Positions 52,399 to 64,000 of a stretch of DNA of 64,000 nucleotides are shown piece by piece. A model generated the notes under the pieces. The model was not told where the DNA came from. It searched no databases and was given only the letters and a program-made list of their open reading frames with translations. Location: assembly GCF_036507355.1 (NCBI RefSeq), contig NZ_AP027877.1; one strand, written 5' to 3'. The position numbers and the translations under genes are program-made. Position 1 is the first letter of the stretch, and every line of letters begins with the position of its first letter. Source of the stretch: Escherichia coli (GTDB lineage Bacteria; Pseudomonadota; Gammaproteobacteria; Enterobacterales; Enterobacteriaceae).

Positions 52399-52944
52399 TT
52401 ACAGCTTGATAAAATGCTCGCGGTAGTAAGCCAGCTCCGCCACCGATTCACGGATATCATCCATCGCCTGATGCGTCCCCTGCTTGGTAAAACCATCCAA
52501 AATTTCCGGCTTCCAGCGGCGCGCCAGCTCTTTCAGGGTGCTGACATCGAGATAACGGTAGTGGAAGTAGGCTTCCAGCTCCGGCATGTATTTAAACAGG
52601 AAGCGACGATCCTGGCCGATGCTGTTACCGCAAATCGGCGATTTTCCCGCAGGCACCCACTGTTTTAAGAATTCGAGCGTTGCCAGTTCAGCTTCACGAT
52701 CGCCCATCGTGCTCGCTTTCACGCGCTCCACCAGCCCGCTGGCGGTATGGGTGCGCACGTTCCAGTCATCCATCAGCGCCAGCTGTTCATCAGACTGGTG
52801 TACTGCAATGGTCGGCCCTTCTGCCAGAATATTCAGGTTGGCATCGGTCACCAGCGTGGCAATCTCAATAATGCGATCGCGCTCGGGATCCAGACCGGTC
52901 ATCTCAAGATCGATCCAAATCAGGTTGTTTTCATTGGCACTCAT
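52399..52944 (-). CDS. orn: Oligoribonuclease
   Basis: ORF track 52399..53088; ATG at 52942-52944 gives [23 protein letters not shown]..., 181 aa. Confidence 0.95.
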
Positions 52945-53038
52945 GCTATTTTCCACCCATTCACAGTGACTATATTGATCCACAATTGCGTGTATCATAG
53001 ATGTTTTGCCCATCAGGGGCGACCAGGAGTCAGTACGA

Positions 53039-54091
53039 TTGAGTAAAAATAAACTCTCCAAAGGCCAGCAGCGCCGCGTGAACGCCAATCACCAGCGTCG
53101 TCTTAAAACGTCTAAGGAGAAGCCCGACTACGACGACAATCTGTTTGGCGAGCCTGATGAAGGTATCGTCATCAGCCGCTTTGGTATGCACGCTGATGTG
53201 GAATCCGCCGATGGCGACGTTCACCGCTGCAATATTCGCCGTACCATCCGTTCGCTGGTGACCGGCGACCGCGTAGTCTGGCGTCCGGGTAAACCGGCGG
53301 CGGAAGGCGTAAATGTCAAAGGGATCGTGGAAGCGGTGCATGAGCGCACCTCGGTGTTGACGCGTCCGGATTTCTACGACGGCGTGAAACCTATTGCCGC
53401 CAACATCGACCAGATTGTCATTGTCTCCGCCATTTTGCCGGAGCTGTCGCTCAATATTATCGACCGTTACCTGGTGGCCTGCGAAACCTTGCAGATTGAG
53501 CCGATTATTGTGCTCAATAAGATAGACCTGCTGGACGACGAAGGCATGGCGTTCGTCAACGAGCAGATGGATATCTACCGCAATATCGGTTATCGCGTAT
53601 TGATGGTTTCCAGCCATACTCAGGATGGGCTGAAACCGCTGGAAGAGGCGTTGACCGGGCGCATCAGCATTTTTGCCGGCCAGTCTGGCGTTGGTAAATC
53701 CAGCCTGCTGAACGCGTTGCTGGGGCTGCAAAAAGAGATCCTGACCAACGATGTCTCTGACAACTCGGGTCTCGGTCAGCACACCACGACCGCCGCACGA
53801 CTGTATCACTTCCCGCACGGCGGTGATGTGATTGATTCCCCTGGTGTGCGTGAGTTCGGCCTCTGGCACCTGGAGCCGGAACAAATCACTCAGGGTTTTG
53901 TCGAATTCCATGACTACTTAGGTCTGTGTAAATATCGCGATTGCAAACACGATACCGATCCGGGCTGCGCTATCCGGGAAGCGGTTGAGGAAGGAAAAAT
54001 CGCGGAAATCCGTTTCGAAAACTATCACCGTATTCTGGAAAGCATGGCGCAGGTAAAAACGCGTAAAAACTTTTCTGATACGGATGACTGA
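53039..54091 (+). CDS. rsgA: Ribosome small-subunit biogenesis GTPase RsgA
   Basis: ORF track 53006..54091; start taken at TTG 53039 ((M)[12 protein letters not shown]...), 350 aa; P-loop GQSGVGKSS. Confidence 0.9.
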
Positions 54092-54187
54092 CAATTAAGC
54101 TAACCGTCGTTAGAATCGTCCCCTTTTTTTCAGGATCCGGCATGTAGGCCGGATCAGGAACGACAAAACAATGGCCTGGAGGCTACC

Positions 54188-55156
54188 TTGTTAAATTCAT
54201 TTAAACTTTCGCTACAGTACATTCTGCCGAAACTATGGCTTACTCGCCTGGCGGGTTGGGGCGCAAGCAAGCGGGCAGGATGGCTGACAAAACTGGTTAT
54301 CGATCTGTTCGTTAAATACTACAAGGTCGACATGAAAGAGGCGCAAAAGCCGGACACCGCCAGCTACCGCACCTTTAACGAATTCTTTGTCCGTCCGCTG
54401 CGTGACGAAGTACGCCCAATCGATACCGATCCGAATGTCCTGGTTATGCCTGCCGATGGCGTTATCAGCCAGTTGGGTAAAATCGAAGAAGATAAAATCC
54501 TGCAAGCCAAAGGCCACAACTACAGCCTCGAAGCCCTGCTGGCAGGCAACTATCTGATGGCGGACCTGTTCCGCAACGGTACGTTTGTGACCACTTACCT
54601 CTCCCCGCGTGACTACCACCGCGTACACATGCCGTGCAACGGTATTCTGCGTGAAATGATCTACGTGCCGGGCGATCTCTTCTCCGTTAACCATCTCACC
54701 GCTCAGAACGTGCCGAATCTGTTTGCCCGTAACGAACGCGTGATCTGCCTGTTCGATACCGAATTTGGCCCAATGGCGCAGATTCTGGTCGGGGCGACGA
54801 TTGTAGGCAGCATTGAGACGGTCTGGGCGGGCACCATTACGCCGCCGCGCGAAGGTATCATCAAGCGCTGGACCTGGCCTGCCGGGGAAAACGACGGTTC
54901 TGTGGCACTGCTGAAAGGCCAGGAAATGGGTCGCTTTAAACTCGGTTCCACCGTTATCAACCTGTTTGCACCGGGTAAAGTGAATCTGGTTGAGCAACTG
55001 GAAAGCCTGTCTGTCACGAAAATTGGCCAGCCGCTGGCAGTATCTACCGAAACCTTTGTTACGCCAGACGCTGAACCGGCCCCGCTTCCTGCTGAAGAGA
55101 TCGAAGCAGAACACGACGCCAGCCCATTGGTTGACGATAAAAAAGACCAGGTCTAA
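54188..55156 (+). CDS. psd: Phosphatidylserine decarboxylase proenzyme
   Basis: ORF track 322 aa; LGST self-cleavage motif present. Confidence 0.95.
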
Positions 55157-55177
55157 TCCATCAAAGGAAACGCTGAC

Positions 55178-58100
55178 GTGCGCCTGATTATCACTTTTCT
55201 GATGGCCTGGTGCCTCAGTTGGGGGGCGTACGCCGCGACGGCCCCCGATAGCAAACAAATCACCCAGGAACTGGAGCAGGCAAAAGCGGCGAAACCCGCG
55301 CAGCCAGAAGTCATAGAGGCACTCCAGTCTGCCTTAAATGCGCTTGAGGAACGAAAAGGTTCCCTTGAGCGCATCAAGCAATATCAAGAAGTCATTGATA
55401 ATTATCCGAAACTCTCCGCTACTCTGCGCGCACAATTAAACAACATGCGTGACGAGCCGCGCAGCGTGTCGCCGGGGATGTCTACCGACGCGCTGAATCA
55501 GGAAATTCTCCAGGTCAGCAGTCAGTTGCTGGATAAAAGCCGTCAGGCCCAGCAAGAGCAGGAGCGCGCCCGCGAGATTGCCGATTCGCTGAATCAACTG
55601 CCGCAACAGCAAACCGACGCCCGCCGTCAGTTAAACGAGATCGAGCGCCGCCTGGGAACGCTTACCGGCAATACTCCGCTCAATCAGGCACAAAATTTCG
55701 CGTTGCAGTCTGACTCTGCACGTCTTAAGGCGCTCGTTGATGAACTGGAGCTGGCGCAGCTGTCTGCCAATAACCGCCAGGAATTAGCGCGCTTGCGCTC
55801 TGAGCTGGCTGAAAAAGAGAGCCAGCAACTGGATGCGTATTTGCAGGCCTTGCGTAATCAATTGAACAGCCAACGCCAGCTTGAGGCAGAGCGGGCGCTG
55901 GAAAGTACCGAATTACTAGCAGAAAACAGTGCCGATTTGCCGAAAGATATCGTCGCGCAATTCAAAATTAACCGCGAACTATCGGCGGCGCTGAATCAAC
56001 AGGCGCAGCGGATGGATCTCGTTGCCTCGCAACAGCGTCAGGCTGCCAGCCAGACGTTACAGGTCCGGCAGGCGTTGAATACGCTGCGTGAACAGTCGCA
56101 ATGGCTGGGATCGTCCAATCTGCTCGGTGAAGCGTTGCGGGCGCAGGTGGCACGGCTACCGGAAATGCCGAAACCACAACAGCTTGATACCGAAATGGCG
56201 CAGTTGCGTGTGCAACGGTTACGTTATGAGGATCTGCTTAATAAACAGCCGCTGCTACGGCAAATTCATCAGGCCGACGGTCAGCCGCTGACCGCTGAGC
56301 AAAACCGTATTCTGGAAGCACAGCTACGCACTCAGCGTGAGTTGCTGAACTCATTGTTGCAGGGTGGTGACACGCTACTGCTGGAACTGACCAAGCTGAA
56401 AGTCTCCAACGGGCAACTGGAAGATGCGCTGAAAGAAGTGAACGAAGCGACGCACCGCTATCTGTTCTGGACCTCTGACGTGCGCCCGATGACCATCGCC
56501 TGGCCGCTGGAAATCGCCCAGGATCTGCGTCGTCTCATTTCGCTGGACACCTTCAGTCAGTTGGGCAAAGCCAGTGTGATGATGCTGACCAGCAAAGAGA
56601 CGATTTTGCCGCTGTTTGGCGCGTTGATTCTGGTCGGTTGCAGTATTTACTCGCGCCGCTATTTCACCCGTTTTCTTGAACGTTCGGCGGCGAAAGTCGG
56701 CAAAGTGACTCAGGATCACTTCTGGCTGACGTTACGCACTCTTTTCTGGTCGATTCTCGTCGCGTCACCGCTGCCGGTGCTGTGGATGACGCTGGGTTAC
56801 GGCTTGCGCGAGGCGTGGCCTTATCCGCTGGCGGTCGCGATTGGCGATGGCGTAACGGCCACCGTGCCGCTGCTGTGGGTAGTGATGATTTGCGCTACTT
56901 TTGCCCGCCCGAACGGCTTGTTTATCGCTCATTTTGGCTGGCCGCGCGAACGTGTTTCTCGTGGGATGCGCTACTACCTGATGAGCATCGGGCTTATTGT
57001 GCCACTGATTATGGCGCTGATGATGTTCGATAATCTCGACGACCGCGAATTTTCCGGTTCGCTGGGACGGCTTTGCTTTATCCTCATTTGCGGTGCGCTG
57101 GCGGTGGTCACCCTCAGCCTGAAAAAGGCCGGGATCCCGCTGTATCTCAACAAAGAAGGCAGCGGCGACAATATTACCAACCATATGTTGTGGAACATGA
57201 TGATTGGCGCGCCACTGGTTGCCATTCTGGCGTCGGCGGTGGGTTATCTGGCAACGGCACAGGCGCTGTTAGCGAGGCTTGAAACCTCGGTTGCCATCTG
57301 GTTCCTGCTACTGGTGGTTTATCACGTTATCCGCCGCTGGATGCTGATCCAACGACGCAGGCTGGCGTTTGACCGGGCGAAGCATCGCCGGGCAGAGATG
57401 TTAGCGCAACGTGCGCGTGGCGAAGAGGAAGCACATCATCACAGTAGCCCGGAAGGGGCAATTGAAGTCGATGAAAGCGAAGTCGATCTCGATGCCATCA
57501 GTGCGCAATCCTTGCGGCTGGTGCGCTCAATTTTGATGTTGATCGCCCTGCTTTCGGTCATTGTGCTGTGGTCAGAAATCCATTCCGCTTTCGGCTTCCT
57601 CGAAAATATTTCGCTGTGGGATGTCACCTCCACGGTACAGGGCGTAGAAAGTCTGGAGCCGATAACCCTCGGTGCGGTGCTGATTGCCATTCTGGTGTTT
57701 ATCATCACCACGCAGCTGGTGCGCAACCTGCCCGCGCTGCTGGAACTGGCGATTTTGCAGCACCTGGATTTAACGCCGGGTACGGGTTACGCCATCACCA
57801 CCATCACCAAATATCTGCTGATGCTGATTGGCGGGCTGGTCGGCTTCTCAATGATTGGTATTGAGTGGTCGAAATTGCAGTGGCTGGTCGCCGCGCTCGG
57901 TGTTGGTCTCGGTTTTGGTTTGCAGGAAATTTTCGCCAACTTTATCTCTGGCCTGATCATCCTGTTCGAAAAACCGATTCGCATTGGCGATACGGTAACG
58001 ATCCGCGATCTTACTGGTAGTGTGACGAAAATTAACACCCGCGCCACCACCATCAGCGACTGGGACCGTAAAGAGATAATCGTGCCGAACAAGGCGTTTA

Positions 58101-58501
58101 TTACCGAGCAGTTTATTAACTGGTCGCTCTCTGACTCGGTTACGCGCGTGGTGTTGACGATTCCGGCCCCTGCCGATGCCAACAGTGAAGAAGTGACGGA
58201 AATCCTGCTCACCGCAGCGCGTCGCTGCTCGCTGGTGATCGACAACCCGGCACCGGAAGTCTTCCTGGTGGATCTGCAACAGGGGATTCAGATTTTCGAG
58301 CTGCGTATTTACGCCGCTGAGATGGGTCACCGTATGCCGCTACGCCATGAGATCCACCAGCTGATTCTGGCTGGCTTCCATGCTCACGGTATCGATATGC
58401 CATTCCCGCCCTTCCAGATGCGTCTGGAAAGCCTCAACGGTAAACAAACGGGGAGAACGCTGACGTCTGCGGGCAAAGGTCGTCAGGCGGGAAGTTTGTA
58501 A
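55178..58501 (+). CDS. mscM: Miniconductance mechanosensitive channel MscM (MscS family)
   Basis: ORF track 1107 aa; signal peptide, long coiled-coil periplasmic domain, multiple TM segments. Confidence 0.93.
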   Translation: MRLIITFLMAWCLSWGAYAATAPDSKQITQELEQAKAAKPAQPEVIEALQSALNALEERKGSLERIKQYQEVIDNYPKLSATLRAQLNNMRDEPRSVSPGMSTDALNQEILQVSSQLLDKSRQAQQEQERAREIADSLNQLPQQQTDARRQLNEIERRLGTLTGNTPLNQAQNFALQSDSARLKALVDELELAQLSANNRQELARLRSELAEKESQQLDAYLQALRNQLNSQRQLEAERALESTELLAENSADLPKDIVAQFKINRELSAALNQQAQRMDLVASQQRQAASQTLQVRQALNTLREQSQWLGSSNLLGEALRAQVARLPEMPKPQQLDTEMAQLRVQRLRYEDLLNKQPLLRQIHQADGQPLTAEQNRILEAQLRTQRELLNSLLQGGDTLLLELTKLKVSNGQLEDALKEVNEATHRYLFWTSDVRPMTIAWPLEIAQDLRRLISLDTFSQLGKASVMMLTSKETILPLFGALILVGCSIYSRRYFTRFLERSAAKVGKVTQDHFWLTLRTLFWSILVASPLPVLWMTLGYGLREAWPYPLAVAIGDGVTATVPLLWVVMICATFARPNGLFIAHFGWPRERVSRGMRYYLMSIGLIVPLIMALMMFDNLDDREFSGSLGRLCFILICGALAVVTLSLKKAGIPLYLNKEGSGDNITNHMLWNMMIGAPLVAILASAVGYLATAQALLARLETSVAIWFLLLVVYHVIRRWMLIQRRRLAFDRAKHRRAEMLAQRARGEEEAHHHSSPEGAIEVDESEVDLDAISAQSLRLVRSILMLIALLSVIVLWSEIHSAFGFLENISLWDVTSTVQGVESLEPITLGAVLIAILVFIITTQLVRNLPALLELAILQHLDLTPGTGYAITTITKYLLMLIGGLVGFSMIGIEWSKLQWLVAALGVGLGFGLQEIFANFISGLIILFEKPIRIGDTVTIRDLTGSVTKINTRATTISDWDRKEIIVPNKAFITEQFINWSLSDSVTRVVLTIPAPADANSEEVTEILLTAARRCSLVIDNPAPEVFLVDLQQGIQIFELRIYAAEMGHRMPLRHEIHQLILAGFHAHGIDMPFPPFQMRLESLNGKQTGRTLTSAGKGRQAGSL

Positions 58502-58608
58502 TGCATGAAGCTGCCAAATGATGTCAACGTGGCTCATTTAGCAGCTTAACATCATCTTCAGTTATCACCAGCCCCGGAGAATATCATCCATACGCATTAC
58601 TTCCTGAC

Positions 58609-58636
58609 AACTCATCGCCGGAGAGACGATGAGTTG
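58609..58636. terminator. Hairpin between convergent mscM and yjeM
   Basis: actcatcg-ccggagaga-cgatgagt inverted repeat. Confidence 0.45.
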
Positions 58637-58651
58637 CAGGATTTCATAGGA

Positions 58652-60154
58652 TCAGTCGAGAGCCAGTTCAGGTTTGTTCGCCATGCGACTGCAATAGTTC
58701 TGGTAAATCGCCATCGCTAACAGCGAGAAGAAGACAGGGCCGCCAATCATCCACAATGTGCTGTCCCAGTCTCCGGCTTCAACCACAGGCTGAATAATGG
58801 TGAAGACGTTCGCAAATGTCACCACCAGAACGACAACCACCGTCGCAATCATTGCCGACATACGCGTTTTGAAAATCACAAATGGTCTGTCGAGATCCTG
58901 ACGTGCTTTAAAGAATGGGAAAGCCAGCGCGAGGAACAGGTAAGGAAGCGTCATAGACACGTTCGCCATCAGCGTCAGCTTGTTAAAGAACGCCGATGCG
59001 GTACCGCCACCAAACGAAACCAGCAGGATGAAAACAGTAACCAACCCGCACTGCATCCACATGGCGATAGACGGCATCCCCATCGCATTCAGGCGCGTCA
59101 TCGGTTCCGGCCACAACGCTTTCGGCGTCCCCTGGATGATGGCTTTCAGCGGTGAATAGCAAAGCGTAAAGAACGCACCGGTATAGGCGAGGAACATCGA
59201 AAGTCCGGTAATACGCGCAAACCATACGCCCAGCGACAATGACGCTTCAGGTGACAAATGCAGTGCGTTACCCAGCGTCACCCCGAGGCTCTTCATCAGC
59301 ACATAGGTAATATTGCCAAGGTTAACGGAACCATTACTTAATACCTGCTGCCAGTTTGTGCTGACGCCCCATAAAAATATTGCCAGCGAATAACCGATTG
59401 AAATAACAATAGCGGCAAAAACAATACCTTTGGCAAAGTTCTTTTCTGGATTTTCCGTTTTATCGACCAGACCACCAACCGCTTCAATTCCGCCATAGGC
59501 AAAAATAGCAAATACCACAAACGATAGCATTGCCAGACCGGACTGATAACCCGGGTTCGGTGATGCAAGGAAATTAATATCCTGCGCGAAATGCCCACCA
59601 TTTAATAACAAAATAGTAATGCTTACTAACAGCAATACTAAATTCAGACACATTACTGCAATACCGCCCACCGCAGTAATGCGGGCAATTTTATTAATCC
59701 CCTTAGAAGCAACGACGGTGACCAGAATCATCCATGCCACTGCCAGCAGACCAACCACCTGCGTAGGCTCCAGTCCGGCAATACGCCAGTGCTGGGTCAT
59801 GTCGCTACCATAGAGGAATGTTGAGAACGGTACCCAAACTTTCGCGGAGGTACTCACCATCCAGATGATATAAGAGGAAAACCACATAAACGTACCAATG
59901 AAGGCAAAACGTGGTCCGACACTATTATTCATCCAGGAATAGATACCACCTTCTTCTTTGCGATAAGCAGCTCCCATTTCAGCCATCATTAAGGCGAATG
60001 GAATAAAGAATAACAATGCAGAAAATATATAAAAGGGAATCGCACTATAACCCATTAAGTAATAAGCCGATGGGCTATTGGCAAATCCAAATACGGAAGT
60101 AAAGATCATCAATATGAGTCCTATCAGACTCATCTTTTTTATCGTGTGAGGCAT
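58652..60154 (-). CDS. yjeM: APC-superfamily amino acid transporter
   Basis: ORF track 58652..60196 (GTG start); start taken at ATG 60152-60154 (MPHTIKKMSLIGLIL...), 500 aa. Confidence 0.88.
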   Translation of the reverse strand: MPHTIKKMSLIGLILMIFTSVFGFANSPSAYYLMGYSAIPFYIFSALLFFIPFALMMAEMGAAYRKEEGGIYSWMNNSVGPRFAFIGTFMWFSSYIIWMVSTSAKVWVPFSTFLYGSDMTQHWRIAGLEPTQVVGLLAVAWMILVTVVASKGINKIARITAVGGIAVMCLNLVLLLVSITILLLNGGHFAQDINFLASPNPGYQSGLAMLSFVVFAIFAYGGIEAVGGLVDKTENPEKNFAKGIVFAAIVISIGYSLAIFLWGVSTNWQQVLSNGSVNLGNITYVLMKSLGVTLGNALHLSPEASLSLGVWFARITGLSMFLAYTGAFFTLCYSPLKAIIQGTPKALWPEPMTRLNAMGMPSIAMWMQCGLVTVFILLVSFGGGTASAFFNKLTLMANVSMTLPYLFLALAFPFFKARQDLDRPFVIFKTRMSAMIATVVVVLVVTFANVFTIIQPVVEAGDWDSTLWMIGGPVFFSLLAMAIYQNYCSRMANKPELALD

Positions 60155-60372
60155 GAAACCATCCTTCATTTCAGCGCGTGTATAAAACGCGCCCACTGAA
60201 CTGCACTGCCCAACATTGAGCGGGCAGCGTAAAAACCAATACAGAATTGATACCTGGATGATATCAAATATCCAGTCTTAAATTGTGGCCTTTAACAGAA
60301 AAATGAAAACATATGCTACAGAATGGCGCTTATCACGCCATTCTTCGCTGTTAATTCAGTAATTTTTCAGAA

Positions 60373-61350
60373 TTATGCCCGGTCAACGCTAAAGGCGATG
60401 ACTTCAGCCAGTGTCTCCGCGCCCAGCGCCAACATCACCAGACGATCAACGCCTAATGCCACGCCGGAACAGTCAGGCATACCGACTTTCAAGGCTTCAA
60501 TCAGATTCTGGTCAATGGGGTGCTGCGGCAAACCGCGCACCGCGCGCTTACGGTTATCTTGTTCAAAGCGTTGTTGCTGCTCACGGGCATCCGTCAATTC
60601 ATGGAAACCATTCGCCAGCTCAATACCTTTATAATAAACCTCAAAGCGTTCAGCGACCCGATGATCTTCGGTACTGATTTGCGCCAGTGATGCCTGGCTG
60701 GCTGGAAAGTGGTACACAAAGGTCGGTTTTTCTTTACCAATATTTGGCTCTACGCCAAAGGTAAACAGCAATTGTAGCAACGTGTCGCGGTCTTCTTCGG
60801 TATCAGCAACATTGCTCAAATCCAGTTTCGCTGCCACTTCCCGCAGTTGCGTTTTGTCGGCAGAGAGCGGGTCAATTTCCAGATAACGCAAGAAAGCTTG
60901 TTGATAAGAAAGGCTTTCTGCTGCCGGGCAGTCCAGCACTTGTTGTAAGAGATCGTCCACCTCGTTCATCAACCGGTACATATCATAGTGCGGTCGATAC
61001 CACTCAAGCATAGTGAACTCAGGGTTGTGATAACGCCCCATCTCTTCATTACGGAAGCTGCGGCACAGCTGGAATACCGGCCCACAACCAGCAACCAGCA
61101 GGCGTTTCATATGGTATTCCGGGCTGGTCATTAACCAGAGATTCATCCCCTGCGAATGCCCGGGGCCAACGAAACGTGTCTCAAACGGGACCAAATGAAT
61201 ATCGGTTACCGTCGCCTGGCTCATACAAGGCGTCTCCACCTCCAGCACTCCACGATCGGCAAAGAAACGACGGATCTCCGCCATAATCGCCGCGCGTTTT
61301 AATAAGTTAGGAATGGATGCGCTCGGCTGCCAGGATGCCGTTTCGCTCAT
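60373..61350 (-). CDS. epmA: EF-P lysine-34 lysyltransferase (class II LysRS paralogue)
   Basis: ORF track 60373..61395; start [21 protein letters not shown]..., 325 aa. Confidence 0.93.
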   Translation of the reverse strand: MSETASWQPSASIPNLLKRAAIMAEIRRFFADRGVLEVETPCMSQATVTDIHLVPFETRFVGPGHSQGMNLWLMTSPEYHMKRLLVAGCGPVFQLCRSFRNEEMGRYHNPEFTMLEWYRPHYDMYRLMNEVDDLLQQVLDCPAAESLSYQQAFLRYLEIDPLSADKTQLREVAAKLDLSNVADTEEDRDTLLQLLFTFGVEPNIGKEKPTFVYHFPASQASLAQISTEDHRVAERFEVYYKGIELANGFHELTDAREQQQRFEQDNRKRAVRGLPQHPIDQNLIEALKVGMPDCSGVALGVDRLVMLALGAETLAEVIAFSVDRA

Positions 61351-61527
61351 AGTTAAATCTCCAGTTTTTGACAAGGGCACGAAGTCTACTCGCAACGCGA
61401 CGGCGAGACAAATTTTACGCAGGAATCAAACAGCGGTGGGCAGTAACTAAAAAAAGCACGATCTGATGGTTTAGTAATTAAATTAATCATCTTCAGTGAT
61501 AATTTAGCCCTCTTGCGCACTAAAAAA

Positions 61528-61543
61528 ATCGATCTCGTCAAAT
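61528..61543 (+). promoter_or_regulatory. Probable FNR-binding region of the frd promoter
   Basis: AAAAATCGATCTCGTCAAATTT about 140 nt upstream of the frdA start; by-eye match to a degenerate FNR dyad. Confidence 0.5.
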
Positions 61544-61674
61544 TTCAGACTTATCCATCAGACTATACTGTTGTACCTATAAAGGAGCAGTGGAATAGCG
61601 TTCGCAGACCGTAACTTTCAGGCACTTACCCTGAAGTACGGGGCTGTGGGATAAAAACAATCTGGAGGAATGTC

Positions 61675-63483
61675 GTGCAAACCTTTCAAGCCGATCTTGC
61701 CATTGTAGGCGCCGGTGGCGCGGGATTACGTGCTGCAATTGCTGCCGCGCAGGCAAATCCGAATGCAAAAATCGCACTAATCTCAAAAGTATACCCGATG
61801 CGTAGCCATACCGTTGCTGCAGAAGGGGGCTCCGCCGCTGTCGCGCAGGATCATGACAGCTTCGAATATCACTTTCACGATACAGTAGCGGGTGGCGACT
61901 GGTTGTGTGAGCAGGATGTCGTGGATTATTTCGTCCACCACTGCCCAACCGAAATGACCCAACTGGAACTGTGGGGATGCCCATGGAGCCGTCGCCCGGA
62001 TGGTAGCGTCAACGTACGTCGCTTCGGCGGCATGAAAATCGAGCGTACCTGGTTCGCCGCCGATAAGACCGGCTTCCATATGCTGCACACGCTGTTCCAG
62101 ACCTCTCTGCAATTCCCGCAGATCCAGCGTTTTGACGAACATTTCGTGCTGGATATTCTGGTTGATGATGGTCATGTTCGCGGCTTGGTAGCAATGAACA
62201 TGATGGAAGGCACGCTGGTGCAGATCCGTGCTAACGCGGTCGTTATGGCTACTGGCGGTGCGGGTCGCGTTTATCGTTACAACACCAACGGCGGCATCGT
62301 TACCGGTGACGGTATGGGTATGGCGCTAAGCCACGGCGTTCCGCTGCGTGACATGGAATTCGTTCAGTATCACCCAACCGGTCTGCCAGGTTCCGGTATC
62401 CTGATGACCGAAGGTTGCCGCGGTGAAGGCGGTATTCTGGTCAACAAAAATGGCTACCGTTATCTGCAAGATTACGGCATGGGCCCGGAAACTCCGCTGG
62501 GCGAGCCGAAAAACAAATATATGGAACTGGGTCCACGCGACAAAGTTTCTCAGGCCTTCTGGCACGAATGGCGTAAAGGCAACACCATCTCCACGCCGCG
62601 TGGTGATGTGGTTTATCTCGACCTGCGTCACCTCGGCGAGAAAAAACTGCATGAACGTCTGCCGTTCATCTGCGAACTGGCGAAAGCGTACGTTGGCGTC
62701 GATCCGGTTAAAGAACCGATTCCGGTACGTCCGACCGCACACTACACCATGGGCGGTATCGAAACCGATCAGAACTGTGAAACCCGCATTAAAGGTCTGT
62801 TCGCCGTGGGTGAATGTTCCTCTGTTGGTCTGCACGGTGCAAACCGTCTGGGCTCCAACTCCCTGGCGGAACTGGTGGTCTTCGGCCGTCTGGCCGGTGA
62901 ACAAGCGACAGAGCGTGCAGCAACTGCCGGTAATGGCAACGAAGCGGCAATTGAAGCGCAGGCAGCTGGCGTTGAACAACGTCTGAAAGATCTGGTTAAC
63001 CAGGATGGCGGCGAAAACTGGGCGAAGATCCGCGACGAAATGGGCCTGGCTATGGAAGAAGGCTGCGGTATCTACCGTACGCCGGAACTGATGCAGAAAA
63101 CCATCGACAAGCTGGCAGAGCTGCAGGAACGCTTCAAGCGCGTGCGCATCACCGACACTTCCAGCGTGTTCAACACCGACCTGCTCTACACCATTGAACT
63201 GGGCCACGGTCTGAACGTTGCTGAATGTATGGCGCACTCCGCAATGGCACGTAAAGAGTCCCGCGGCGCACACCAGCGTCTGGACGAAGGTTGCACCGAG
63301 CGTGACGACGTCAACTTCCTCAAACACACCCTCGCCTTCCGCGATGCTGATGGCACGACTCGCCTGGAGTACAGCGACGTGAAGATTACTACGCTACCGC
63401 CAGCTAAACGCGTTTACGGTGGCGAAGCGGATGCAGCCGATAAGGCGGAAGCAGCCAATAAGAAGGAGAAGGCGAATGGCTGA
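61675..63483 (+). CDS. frdA: Fumarate reductase flavoprotein subunit
   Basis: ORF track 602 aa, GTG start preceded by SD ggagg; FAD motif [13 protein letters not shown]. Confidence 0.97.
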
Positions 63484-64000
63484 GATGAAAAACCTGAAAA
63501 TTGAGGTGGTGCGCTATAACCCGGAAGTCGATACCGCACCGCATAGCGCATTCTATGAAGTGCCTTATGACGCAACTACCTCATTACTGGATGCGCTGGG
63601 CTACATCAAAGACAACCTGGCACCGGACCTGAGCTACCGCTGGTCCTGCCGTATGGCGATTTGTGGTTCCTGCGGCATGATGGTTAACAACGTGCCAAAA
63701 CTGGCATGTAAAACCTTCCTGCGTGATTACACCGACGGTATGAAGGTTGAAGCGTTAGCTAACTTCCCGATTGAACGCGATCTGGTGGTCGATATGACCC
63801 ACTTCATCGAAAGTCTGGAAGCGATCAAACCGTACATCATCGGCAACTCCCGCACCGCGGATCAGGGTACTAACATCCAGACCCCGGCGCAGATGGCGAA
63901 GTATCACCAGTTCTCCGGTTGCATCAACTGTGGTCTGTGCTACGCCGCGTGCCCGCAGTTTGGCCTGAACCCAGAGTTCATCGGTCCGGCTGCCATTACG
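63476..64000 (+). CDS. frdB: Fumarate reductase iron-sulfur subunit, 5' part (continues beyond window end)
   Basis: ATG at 63476 overlaps the frdA stop; translation [32 protein letters not shown]... with Cys clusters, open to position 64000. Confidence 0.93.

Noticed and set aside
54092-54187. Possible rsgA terminator and REP-like palindrome before psd
   Set aside because: Only short imperfect stems (ctaac...gttag) plus a T-run; too weak to call confidently.
54233-55258. 341-aa minus-strand ORF
   Set aside because: Antisense to psd; similar antisense ORFs over rsgA (53030..53911), frdA (62326..63327), ytfE (12623..13258), fklB (14955..15641), rplI (17985..18473), hflK (41658..42308) and cycA (13264..13959) are all treated as shadow ORFs of the annotated genes.

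Overview
This window reads as a well-known Escherichia coli chromosomal segment running from tamA (5' part, minus strand) through msrA, the ytf genes, cycA, fklB, the rplI-rpsF ribosomal cluster, the ula ascorbate genes, aidB, the yjfI-yjfC cluster, rnr, nsrR, purA, hflCKX, hfq, miaA, mutL, amiB, tsaE, nnr, queG, three tRNA-Gly genes, orn, rsgA, psd, mscM, yjeM and epmA to frdA and the start of frdB. It is in reverse orientation to the usual K-12 map. Gene calls rest on the supplied ORF track, manual start-codon placement from N-terminal sequences I recognise, and motifs read directly. No BLAST, HMM or folding was run, and every comparison to a reference is from memory. I do not see a novel multi-gene system such as a defence island, CRISPR array, prophage or secretion locus. 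The notable content is three strain-specific lesions: (1) a complete 768-bp IS1 inserted after codon 3 of cpdB with a perfect 9-bp target duplication; (2) an apparent frameshift splitting ulaF; (3) an apparent frameshift fusing yjfK to yjfL. Less striking items are the uncharacterised yjfIJKLMC cluster, two low-GC orphan genes (ytfI, yjfZ), a perfect 17-bp tandem duplication next to ytfK, a probable NsrR operator at ytfE, and a junction between mscM and yjeM that appears to lack yjeN/yjeO.
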